DNA of 24,254 nt from Oligoflexia bacterium (GCA_903845155.1 CAIMWN010000105.1:1-24254), one strand, 5' to 3'. Shown: positions 16,857-24,254, counted from the stretch's first letter. Notes: generated by a model from the sequence alone, not told the origin. A program made the numbers and translations.

Positions 16857-16956
16857 TTAATTTAATAACGCTTAGGTTTAGCCACCTAAGGGTAACGAGA
16901 GTGACGCCGGGAAGAGACATCGACCTGGATAACTCGAAGATTGAAAGGTCTCAGTC

Positions 16957-17220
16957 ATGGCACATAAAAAAGCCGGTGGTAGTACAAGAAATGGTCGCGA
17001 TAGTAACCCAAAAATGCTTGGTGTGAAACGCTACGGTGGACAAGTAGTGAAAAGCGGCGAAATTATCGTTCGCCAACGCGGAACTAAGTTTCACCCGGGT
17101 AAAAATGTAGGTCTTGGAAAAGACTTTACTATTTTTGCTACCATTGCAGGCGTAGTGAAATTTGAATACAAAGATCAAAAGCGCCAAAAGATTTCTGTTT
17201 ACGCTGTCGCTGCTGCTTAA
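16957..17220 (+). CDS. rpmA: 50S ribosomal protein L27
   Basis: [29 protein letters not shown]..., followed by [13 protein letters not shown]: unmistakable L27. Confidence 0.95.
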   Translation: MAHKKAGGSTRNGRDSNPKMLGVKRYGGQVVKSGEIIVRQRGTKFHPGKNVGLGKDFTIFATIAGVVKFEYKDQKRQKISVYAVAAA

Positions 17221-17270
17221 GCGCTTCGCTTGCGGTCGAATAAAACCAGGAATTAACAAAAATTTAATAA

Positions 17271-17307
17271 AAAAACCGGGGGCAGATTCTGAACCCGGTT
17301 TTTTTTT
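17271..17307 (+). terminator. Rho-independent terminator after rplU-rpmA
   Basis: AAAAACCGGG (17271..17280) pairs with CCCGGTTTTT (17294..17303) and is followed by a run of nine T (17299..17307). Confidence 0.75.
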
Positions 17308-17337
17308 GGAAAATTAAAAATGAAGTGTAAGAGCGTT

Positions 17338-17411
17338 CAACGCCGAGGCAGGAGCCGAGGCGTGAGGTTGCAACGCAATGCCGGAACAGGATGCGTAGGC
17401 AAACGGGAAGA
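17338..17411 (+). repeat. Intergenic conserved element, copy A (rpmA-obg spacer)
   Basis: The core 17352..17403 aligns without gaps to 21875..21926 with 44/52 identities (hand count). Weaker similarity extends about 14 nt upstream. Confidence 0.7.
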
Positions 17412-17470
17412 TGCGAAGTTGCAAGAACGCACACTTTCATTTATCAAAAGAACACTAAGAAAAGATTAAG

Positions 17471-18583
17471 ATGAGATTTATAGACGAAGCAAAGATTAAG
17501 ATCATCGCAGGCCACGGCGGAAGTGGCTGTGTGAGTTTTCGTCGCGAAAAAAGTATACCTCGCGGTGGTCCAGATGGTGGCGATGGCGGACGCGGCGGCG
17601 ATGTTACTTTCGTAGCGACTAGCCAATTAGGCACCTTACAAGATTTACGGTTTAAAAGAATTTATGAAGCCACTCGTGGCGACGGTGGATCAGGCAAAAA
17701 CAAAACGGGTCACGACGGGAAAAGCATCATCATTCGCGTTCCAGTAGGGACCATGATCAAGAATCAGGATACTGACGAAATCCTTTTTGATTTCACTGAG
17801 GATAAACAAGAATGGCTTGCGGCTCGCGGTGGCCGTGGTGGTAAGGGCAATACGCACTTTGCAACATCTACACATCAAACTCCTCGCTATGCACAACCCG
17901 GCGAAGAGGGTCAGCAAAAGGACCTCAAGTTAGAGCTAAAACTCCTCGCCGATGCGAGCTTGATTGGTTATCCGAATGCCGGCAAATCAACTCTCATTTC
18001 ACGCATGAGTGCTGCTCATCCTAAAATTGCGGATTATCCCTTCACCACCCTCACCCCTAACCTTGGGGTGGTAAAAGTGGCTGATTTTAAGAGTTTTGTA
18101 GTCGCCGATATTCCAGGGCTCATTGAAGGTGCACATCAGGGCTTAGGCTTAGGCCATAAGTTTCTGAAACACATCGAACGCACGAAAATTACCGTGCATT
18201 TACTCGATGGCACTCATCTTCTTGATTTTAGCACTATGCCGGATGATGAACCCGATGCAAGTGTGAAAAAAGGCGCGAAAGAACTAATGCGACTTTATCT
18301 TGCTATTCGTAAGGAGCTCGAACTCTTTAACCCTGAACTTGCTGACAAAGACGAAGTGATCGTCATCAATAAAGCCGATCTTTTTCAAGGTCAGCCACAA
18401 TACTTAAATGAAGTCCGTGTCGCTTTTAGAAAATTACTTGAAAAAGGCTCGAAAAAAATTTCTCGTAAACTTCTTCCCAAAGAACCCTATGCGATTTCTT
18501 GCGCATCAGGTGAAGGGATTCACGATTTAATTCATGTCCTTTGGGAAAGGCTTGCCCCACCTGATGAATCTTCAATTTCATGA
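17471..18583 (+). CDS. obg: GTPase Obg/CgtA
   Basis: The Obg fold N-terminus MRFIDEAKIKIIAGHGGSGCVSFRREK..GGPDGGDGGRGGDV, then the G domain GYPNAGKSTL, DIPGLIEGA, NKAD. Confidence 0.95.
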   Translation: MRFIDEAKIKIIAGHGGSGCVSFRREKSIPRGGPDGGDGGRGGDVTFVATSQLGTLQDLRFKRIYEATRGDGGSGKNKTGHDGKSIIIRVPVGTMIKNQDTDEILFDFTEDKQEWLAARGGRGGKGNTHFATSTHQTPRYAQPGEEGQQKDLKLELKLLADASLIGYPNAGKSTLISRMSAAHPKIADYPFTTLTPNLGVVKVADFKSFVVADIPGLIEGAHQGLGLGHKFLKHIERTKITVHLLDGTHLLDFSTMPDDEPDASVKKGAKELMRLYLAIRKELELFNPELADKDEVIVINKADLFQGQPQYLNEVRVAFRKLLEKGSKKISRKLLPKEPYAISCASGEGIHDLIHVLWERLAPPDESSIS

Positions 18584-19265
18584 GCATACCGCAATTTTTG
18601 GCGGAAGCTTCGACCCTCCCCATCTTGGGCATATTGAAGCAGTAAAAGACTTATTCAAAACCTTGGGTTTAGTCAGAACATTGATTTTACCTTCATTTGG
18701 AACCCCTCTTAAAAATACGAATACCTCGTTTGATGATCGACTTGAAATGACGAAAATTGCCTTTCAAAATATCGCTAATACCACAGTGAGCGATCTCGAA
18801 AAAACAGAAAATCTTCAGTATAGCTATCAAGTCCTCGAGAGACTATCCCCGCAAATTAAAAACTTAGTTTTTGTGATTGGGACCGACCAATTTGAGAAAT
18901 TAAGCCAATGGGCGCACTATCCCGAACTCATGACTTTATGCGACTGGGTTGTATTGAAAAGAAAGCCATCCGACACGGTGGCACTTTCTGATCAAAATAA
19001 GCCACTCAAAAAAGCCATTTCAGAATACGTGAGTCAAGGCTGGCTGCTTCCTACCGGGACGGAATTCCAATTTAAAATCAAGCAACTGGCGACTTCGCCC
19101 TCTAAAAAAGAACGTACGCTTTGTTTGATCGAAACTAAGGCGCAGCCAATTTCATCCACCCTGGTCAGGCAAAAATTAGCACTCGGTGACCTTGTAAAGG
19201 TAAAAGAACTTGTTGCCGCCCCAGTCCTTGAGTATGTTGAAAGGAAGAAACTTTATGGCACCTGA
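18564..19265 (+). CDS. nadD: Nicotinate-nucleotide adenylyltransferase
   Basis: GGSFDPPHLGH (the HxGH nucleotidyltransferase motif) and ISSTLVRQ near the C-terminus. I prefer the ATG at 18564, a 20-nt overlap with obg, over the one at 18534. Confidence 0.9.
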   Translation: MNLQFHEHTAIFGGSFDPPHLGHIEAVKDLFKTLGLVRTLILPSFGTPLKNTNTSFDDRLEMTKIAFQNIANTTVSDLEKTENLQYSYQVLERLSPQIKNLVFVIGTDQFEKLSQWAHYPELMTLCDWVVLKRKPSDTVALSDQNKPLKKAISEYVSQGWLLPTGTEFQFKIKQLATSPSKKERTLCLIETKAQPISSTLVRQKLALGDLVKVKELVAAPVLEYVERKKLYGT

Positions 19266-19662
19266 ACAAACAACCGTTATTGAAGTCGATGAAATCTCCC
19301 TCGCTAAAGCATTTATTAGCGTGCAAGCTGCTGCGAATAAAAAAGCAGAATATATCAAGCTCTTAGACCTGAGAAACCTATCCTCGTTTACCGATTATTT
19401 CCTGATTTGCACTGGTTATTCCAATCGACAAGTGCAAGCCATTGCAGATTCTATCTCGATCGAACTCAAAGAAGAGGGCTTTGCACCCGTAAGTGTTGAG
19501 GGCTATTCCGAAGGGCGCTGGGTAGTGGTTGATTTTGGTGATGTCGTCGTTCATGTATTCCAGGATGCCCTTCGCGATTACTATGACCTTGAACACCTCT
19601 GGTTTGATGCAAAAAAAGTTCCAATTCCACAAGAACTTTATATTACCTCTATCCAACATTAA
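19255..19662 (+). CDS. rsfS: Ribosomal silencing factor RsfS (Iojap family)
   Basis: FTDYFLICTGYSNRQVQAIADSI...WVVVDFGDVVVHVFQDALRDYYDLEHLW is the RsfS signature. The ATG at 19255 follows AAGGAAG and overlaps the nadD end by 11 nt. Confidence 0.9.
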   Translation: MAPEQTTVIEVDEISLAKAFISVQAAANKKAEYIKLLDLRNLSSFTDYFLICTGYSNRQVQAIADSISIELKEEGFAPVSVEGYSEGRWVVVDFGDVVVHVFQDALRDYYDLEHLWFDAKKVPIPQELYITSIQH

Positions 19663-19685
19663 TCGACTCCTTTAGCCTAAAGGCT

Positions 19686-21839
19686 ATGGATCATCCACAA
19701 TTTAAACCCTTTATTGCAGCCTCAGAAAAATTAAAAGAGTTTTCATTTGGCCCCATCTTAATGGGCATCATTTTGGGAATTATTTTCGGAGCTTCATCTT
19801 TGTATCTGGCATTAAAAATTGGAATGACGGTTTCGGCATCCATACCAGTGGCCGTCCTTTCCATCACTCTTTTTAAAGGCTTGTCCAAAGTACTTGGAAT
19901 CAGACCCGCAACCATTCTTGAAAACAATATGGTTCAAACCACAGGATCTGCCGGTGAATCAATCGCATTCGGAGTGGCGGTCACCATGCCAGCGCTTTTA
20001 ATTTTAGGATATGACCTAGACTTAAGTCGAATCATGACTGTAGCCATATTGGGCGGCTTGATTGGTGTGCTCATGATGATTCCACTTCGACATGCCCTTA
20101 TCGTAAAAGAACATGGGCACCTTATTTATCCTGAAGGCACCGCCTGTGCAGAAGTTCTGATCGTGGGAGAAAAAGGCGGTTCATCGGGTAAAATTGTTTT
20201 TGGCGGTTTCTTCCTCGGTTTGATTTATAAATTTCTCAATGTGGGCATGCGCTTATGGAAGGACACTCCCGAGAAAGTATTTTCATATTTTAAAGGTGCT
20301 GCGATCTCGGCTGAAATCTCACCTGAACTACTCGGGGTGGGCTATATCATCGGCGTGCGCACTTCTTCCATTATGATGGCAGGCGGTGTGCTTTCCAGTT
20401 TTGTACTCATTCCGATGATTGTTCTTTTTGGGAGTAATTTAACTGCGCCTCTTTTCCCTGCGACCATTCTCATTAAAGATATGTCTATTCATGACATCTG
20501 GAGAAACTATGTTTTGTACATCGGAGCAGGTGCCGTTGCCGCCGGCGGAATTATTTCACTCGTCCAAAGCATCCCCACTATCTTTCAAGGAGCTAAAGCA
20601 GGACTACGTGGGATTTTAGGTGGTCGAAAAGTGGTAGCGATGAAAACTCGCACCGAAGATGACCTCCATCCTTCTTTTGTTATTTTTGGCACCTTGGTGA
20701 TGGTTGTTGCACTCTGGTTTGCTCCCGCTCTTCAAATTAATTTACTCTCGGCTGTTATGATTATTCTATTTGGTTTCCTTTTTGTGACCGTGAGTTCTCG
20801 CTTAACCGGCGAAATTGGTTCGTCCTCCAATCCAATTTCTGGTATGACGGTCGCTACCTTGTTGTTTACCTGTTTGATTTTTCTGGCAGTGGGATGGATC
20901 GGCCCCGAATACCGCGTGAGCGCACTCAGTATCGCAGCAGTAGTGTGTATTGCCGCTTCAAACGCAGGAGCTACTTCCCAAGATTTAAAGACTGGCTTTA
21001 TTTTAGGTGCGACTCCAAAATACCAGCAAATAGGCCTTTTAATCGGAGCTTTTACGAGCGCAATTGTGATCGGGTTTTCGCTTCAACTTCTCAATAATGC
21101 GTCTACCGTTTATAGCAAGAAAGTGCCCGCATTTACGGTGAGTAACTTCAGCCAACTGAAGGAAAAACAGCACGTCATGGGCCCCGAAAAAACCAAAGAC
21201 AATCAAGAGTATTTTGTCTACCAAGTAACGGAACAATCTGAACCTTCGGTTTTAAGTACACTTTCACCGGGAAAATATTTAGTGAATGACCAAGGTTTGG
21301 TTACCTATTTAGTGGATCCAGGAATCAATGGCCGTTTAAATAAACGGGATGATGGCACGAGCGTCACTAAGTACGAAGCACCTAAAGCGAGACTCATGTC
21401 ACTGATTATTGATGGGATTCTCACTCAAAAACTGCCCTGGGGTTTAGTACTCCTTGGAGTAGCGATTGCACTAGTACTTGAATTATGTGGAATTTCTGCG
21501 CTCCCTTTTGCGGTGGGCGTGTATCTTCCGATCTCGGCATCGGCTCCCATTTTCGTTGGCGGATTAGTCAGATGGCTCGTGGAGCGAAAACAGATAAAAA
21601 CGAGCAGCCTTGAAGCTGAATCAGGATCTGGAGTATTATTTTCCTCCGGCTTAATTGCAGGCGGTGCCATTTGCGGTATTTTGCTTGCACTCACGCAAGT
21701 CATGGACGGCTTTTCTGACCGCATTGATTATTCAAAAATAATGGGCACGCTCGCCGATTCCGATTTATTTGCACTGAGTGCGTTTATCTTGGTTTCGTTT
21801 GCACTTTATCGCATGGCTAAGAAACCGGCGGCTTCATGA
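19686..21839 (+). CDS. OPT-family oligopeptide transporter (polytopic membrane protein)
   Basis: 717 aa with many TM segments. OPT-like features: an N-terminal region with EFSFGPILMGIILGIIFGASSLYLALKIGMTVSASIP, a central GEIGSSSNPISGMT, and a large soluble loop near residues 470-570. Confidence 0.85.
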   Translation: MDHPQFKPFIAASEKLKEFSFGPILMGIILGIIFGASSLYLALKIGMTVSASIPVAVLSITLFKGLSKVLGIRPATILENNMVQTTGSAGESIAFGVAVTMPALLILGYDLDLSRIMTVAILGGLIGVLMMIPLRHALIVKEHGHLIYPEGTACAEVLIVGEKGGSSGKIVFGGFFLGLIYKFLNVGMRLWKDTPEKVFSYFKGAAISAEISPELLGVGYIIGVRTSSIMMAGGVLSSFVLIPMIVLFGSNLTAPLFPATILIKDMSIHDIWRNYVLYIGAGAVAAGGIISLVQSIPTIFQGAKAGLRGILGGRKVVAMKTRTEDDLHPSFVIFGTLVMVVALWFAPALQINLLSAVMIILFGFLFVTVSSRLTGEIGSSSNPISGMTVATLLFTCLIFLAVGWIGPEYRVSALSIAAVVCIAASNAGATSQDLKTGFILGATPKYQQIGLLIGAFTSAIVIGFSLQLLNNASTVYSKKVPAFTVSNFSQLKEKQHVMGPEKTKDNQEYFVYQVTEQSEPSVLSTLSPGKYLVNDQGLVTYLVDPGINGRLNKRDDGTSVTKYEAPKARLMSLIIDGILTQKLPWGLVLLGVAIALVLELCGISALPFAVGVYLPISASAPIFVGGLVRWLVERKQIKTSSLEAESGSGVLFSSGLIAGGAICGILLALTQVMDGFSDRIDYSKIMGTLADSDLFALSAFILVSFALYRMAKKPAAS

Positions 21840-21860
21840 AATACAATGCAATTCTCAACA

Positions 21861-21935
21861 CTACGCTCGGGCTTGAGCCGATGCGTGAGTTTGCGCAGCA
21901 ATGCCGGAGCACGATACGTAGGCAAATGTCGGAGA
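21861..21935 (+). repeat. Intergenic conserved element, copy B (OPT-rlmH spacer)
   Basis: See copy A. The 3' end of the element supplies the GGAGA Shine-Dalgarno (21931..21935) for the TTG start of rlmH. Confidence 0.7.
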
Positions 21936-21939
21936 ACTT

Positions 21940-22452
21940 TTGAAGAAGGTAACGCTGATTTGTTTTGGTAAATTGAAATCACCAGGGCTAGATGAAGCCG
22001 TCGCGGAATTTACCAAACGATTGTCACGCTATACTGACTTTAAGGTAATGGAATTGAAACCTATTAAGGTGACCGAGAAATCAGACTCGCTTCGCAGCTC
22101 CATTCCTGAAAAAGAAGGAGAGGCAATCCTTGAACTCATGGAAAGCCCTTCCTTTAAAACGCAAGCAGGGCGTGCACCCCAAGTTTGGTGTTTGGATGAA
22201 ACCGGCAAGTCCATGAAAACGACCGAATGGGCCGATTCCCTTCGCACTCTCTCTGATAGGGGGTCAGGCGAACTCGTACTCATCATCGGGGGGAGTTTGG
22301 GTTTGGGAGAAAATATTTTGAAGGCATCTCATAAAAAAGTTTGCTTTGGCCCGCAAACATTGTCGCATGAATTGGCGAGATTGATTTTAGTAGAGCAACT
22401 CTATCGGGCTTTATCTTTTTTAGCGGGACATCCCTATCACAACGAAGGGTAG
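21940..22452 (+). CDS. rlmH: 23S rRNA (pseudouridine1915-N3)-methyltransferase RlmH (SPOUT family)
   Basis: TTG start. The N-terminus MKKVTLICFGKLK matches the family. The C-terminal knot region LIIGGSLGLGENIL...LSHELARLILVEQLYRA..FLAGHPYH is diagnostic. Confidence 0.9.
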   Translation: MKKVTLICFGKLKSPGLDEAVAEFTKRLSRYTDFKVMELKPIKVTEKSDSLRSSIPEKEGEAILELMESPSFKTQAGRAPQVWCLDETGKSMKTTEWADSLRTLSDRGSGELVLIIGGSLGLGENILKASHKKVCFGPQTLSHELARLILVEQLYRALSFLAGHPYHNEG

Positions 22453-22488
22453 AAAAGGGTTGGCGGGGTAATTGCACAGTATAGGTGC

Positions 22489-23241
22489 ATGAAATCCATC
22501 TTTGCTTTTTTTCCTGCACCTTTTTTATGCCAAGGGTGCATCCTTCCTTCTTGGAATGCGATCTGCTCTCAGTGCCTACGCTCCATTCAAGTTAACCATG
22601 AACTCATTCCAGCACCTACCTCTACGCTCGTTGCCCTCGCACCACTTCTCTACGCACATCAAAGTACTTACACCCTCATTCGCGTGTGGAAAGAACAACG
22701 GGGAAGTATACTACGCCAACATCTTTTTAAGATTTCGCCCGAATTGAGGAGGGCACTCCTTCAAATCGAATTTGATTTCATAGTAACCATACCGCAATCT
22801 AAGAAACGATCTTGGAAGCGCGAACAGCGCACAGCAGAGGAAGTGGCTAAATTCTGCTCGACCGAACTTAATTTACCCCTTCTCCAATTGCTAGACCTGC
22901 ATCAAGAAACCACTCCGCGTGTGGCAACCATGAGTGCATGGGAACGAACATACTCGCCCAATCCGTTCAAAATTAATGAGCAGCTATTTCAGGATGACAT
23001 AAAGATCGTTGAAAAACTTGAGGCGCTCGTGATGCACGGAAATGAAATTAAAATACTTTTGGCGGACGATTTAATCACGAGTGGAAGTACGCTTTGCAAA
23101 GCCGCAGAAATGATTCATGGCCTTTTGCCACGCGCTAAAATCTACGGCGCAAGTCTGGGTTTCAGGCCTAGCCATCGCATTAAACCAAGTGAACAATCAT
23201 TGGATTTTCAGCATGGAGCGCACTCAAGAATGATGACCTAA
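22489..23241 (+). CDS. ComF-family phosphoribosyltransferase-like protein
   Basis: An N-terminal double Cys pair (CQGC...CSQC), and a type I PRTase PRPP loop ILLADDLITSGSTL near the C-terminus. Confidence 0.8.
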   Translation: MKSIFAFFPAPFLCQGCILPSWNAICSQCLRSIQVNHELIPAPTSTLVALAPLLYAHQSTYTLIRVWKEQRGSILRQHLFKISPELRRALLQIEFDFIVTIPQSKKRSWKREQRTAEEVAKFCSTELNLPLLQLLDLHQETTPRVATMSAWERTYSPNPFKINEQLFQDDIKIVEKLEALVMHGNEIKILLADDLITSGSTLCKAAEMIHGLLPRAKIYGASLGFRPSHRIKPSEQSLDFQHGAHSRMMT

Positions 23242-23360
23242 ATCATGGCTGCGGATACAGCTTCAGAATGGCCGACTACAAAAGTGCTGGCGGCGCTGGG
23301 AACTCAGTAAAGCCACAAAATACGAATTGTGCCTTTTTACAATTAAGCTACAATAAAGGC

Positions 23361-24254
23361 ATGTTAACCTTTCATGCTATGGGCTTAAAGAAAATGAGCT
23401 TTTTTACCTTGTCCTTCGCCAGCGCAATTTCCCTTTTTGCGTGCTCAACTCTCACCTTAGACCCGCCTTCAAACCAGCCTAGCCCTATCATTAACGGTGC
23501 GCCCGACGCAATTTCAGATAAGAATTGGATGGAGCATTACCAATCAGCTCTTCACCAATCTGAAAAACCTGAATTTCAATTTCTAAAGGATTTGGGTGAA
23601 GGCCCGAACCACTACCGTTTGATTGTTCATAATAAAAGATTGGCGCCCTTCTTAAGTTGGCAGTACACAAAGGAACAGTTCACTACCTTAGAAAAAGAGC
23701 TCGCGCCCAGTCTTGAATTTTCACTTGATTCGCGTGGTCTGGCTCGCGCTGCTGAGCGAGTAAGTGAGCAGGCAATCGATGAGACCCACTATGATGCTGT
23801 TTGGGTGAGGGATAGTTTATGGGTTTACTTAGGACTAAAAGCCACACTCAGCTTTGATGATAAAGGGCAGAACGAGAAAAATGCCAAACAACTCTTACTG
23901 ACCCTCTCTCAATATTTCGCTAGCCCTGATCAACTAAAGCGTTTCAAAGCAGCCATTCAAAATCCAGATTTGGTTCGTGGTGACGGCGATCGCATGAATG
24001 CCGTGCACATTCGTTTTGATCGCAGCTCTCCCACTTTTCAAGATGTGCAAGAGAAAGGGAAAGCGCAAACCTGGAATCATAAACAAAATGATGCGCTTGG
24101 ATTATTTTTGGACCTCTTTTGTAGGGCACTGTTAAAGGGGGAAATTAAAGAAAGTGAATTGACTGAATCACAAATTGAAGCCTTCCAACTCTTTCCTCGT
24201 TATTTCGCAGCAATTCGCTTTTATGATATGGCCGATGCAGGAAGCTGGGAAGAA
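23361..24254 (+). CDS. Partial CDS (open at the right edge): GH15/glucoamylase-like lipoprotein, phosphorylase-kinase alpha/beta-like
   Basis: Absent from the ORF track because it has no stop in the window; I translated it by hand and found it stop-free through 24254. In-frame starts lie at 23361, 23379 and 23394. Lipobox: SLFAC. GH15-like blocks: DAVWVRDSLWVY, TWNHKQNDALGLFLDLF, DMADAGSWEE (the acid-catalyst-type WEE motif). Confidence 0.75.
   Translation, partial: MLTFHAMGLKKMSFFTLSFASAISLFACSTLTLDPPSNQPSPIINGAPDAISDKNWMEHYQSALHQSEKPEFQFLKDLGEGPNHYRLIVHNKRLAPFLSWQYTKEQFTTLEKELAPSLEFSLDSRGLARAAERVSEQAIDETHYDAVWVRDSLWVYLGLKATLSFDDKGQNEKNAKQLLLTLSQYFASPDQLKRFKAAIQNPDLVRGDGDRMNAVHIRFDRSSPTFQDVQEKGKAQTWNHKQNDALGLFLDLFCRALLKGEIKESELTESQIEAFQLFPRYFAAIRFYDMADAGSWEE

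Noticed and set aside
17320-17469. A 49-codon, very basic ORF (MKCKSVQRRGRSRGVRLQRNAGTGCVGKREDAKLQERTLSFIKRTLRKD) fills the rpmA-obg spacer. Its frame-equivalent in copy B is a 42-codon ORF (ATG 21846, running into rlmH out of frame).
   Set aside because: All 8 core nucleotide differences between the two copies are non-synonymous in this frame. SD support is weak or absent. The copy B version overlaps rlmH by about 35 nt. Conservation looks nucleotide-level rather than peptide-level. Ribosome profiling would settle it.
23245-23310. A 21-codon ORF (MAADTASEWPTTKVLAALGTQ) in the comF / GH15 spacer.
   Set aside because: It has no SD and no distinguishing features, and at this length it is expected by chance. 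I also found no terminator or RNA-like structure in this spacer beyond a 4-bp stem.
1-24254. A search by eye for tRNA, rRNA, CRISPR arrays, transposase or integrase genes, long terminal inverted repeats, or prophage and defence gene signatures.
   Set aside because: None was found. The spacers are short, mostly under 180 nt. No tRNA-like T-arm (GGTTCGAAT) or regularly spaced direct repeats were seen. Every long ORF is accounted for by housekeeping or envelope proteins.

Overview
The window is a compact, moderately AT-rich stretch of Gram-negative chromosome, with many lipobox lipoproteins and an LPS-pathway kdsD. It is mostly housekeeping. I support about 23 protein genes, two of them cut by the window edges.

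Plus strand: a class IV aminotransferase, an anchored coiled-coil protein, KdsD/KpsF, a SurA-N-like/DsbA fusion lipoprotein, MurF and Sua5/TsaC. These are followed by a ribosome-maturation cluster (rplU-rpmA-obg-nadD-rsfS-[OPT transporter]-rlmH), then comF-like and a GH15-like lipoprotein.

Minus strand: a possible hflX fragment, a lipoprotein, a two-HKD phospholipase D/cardiolipin-synthase-like protein, a methyltransferase-fold protein with an N-terminal signal or anchor, SuhB, a small lipoprotein, and a KirBac-type K+ channel directly downstream of a membrane pyrophosphatase.

I see no rRNA, tRNA, CRISPR array, transposase, integrase or recognisable defence island.

The signal least explained by the gene models is a conserved intergenic element of about 60-75 nt, with 44 of 52 core positions identical by hand count. 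It occurs in the same orientation immediately upstream of obg and of rlmH, and a more diverged collinear third copy may sit upstream of rplU. It looks like either a dispersed REP-like repeat or a shared 5'-leader for ribosome-associated genes.

Secondary points of interest:
- the K+-dependent, Na+-type pyrophosphatase paired with a Kir channel
- the co-oriented suhB / methyltransferase-fold / PLD / lipoprotein block
- an OPT transporter wedged between rsfS and rlmH
- a long Lys/Ala-rich tail on L21

None of this amounts to a demonstrated new system. All functional calls rest on motif recognition by eye, not on database searches.
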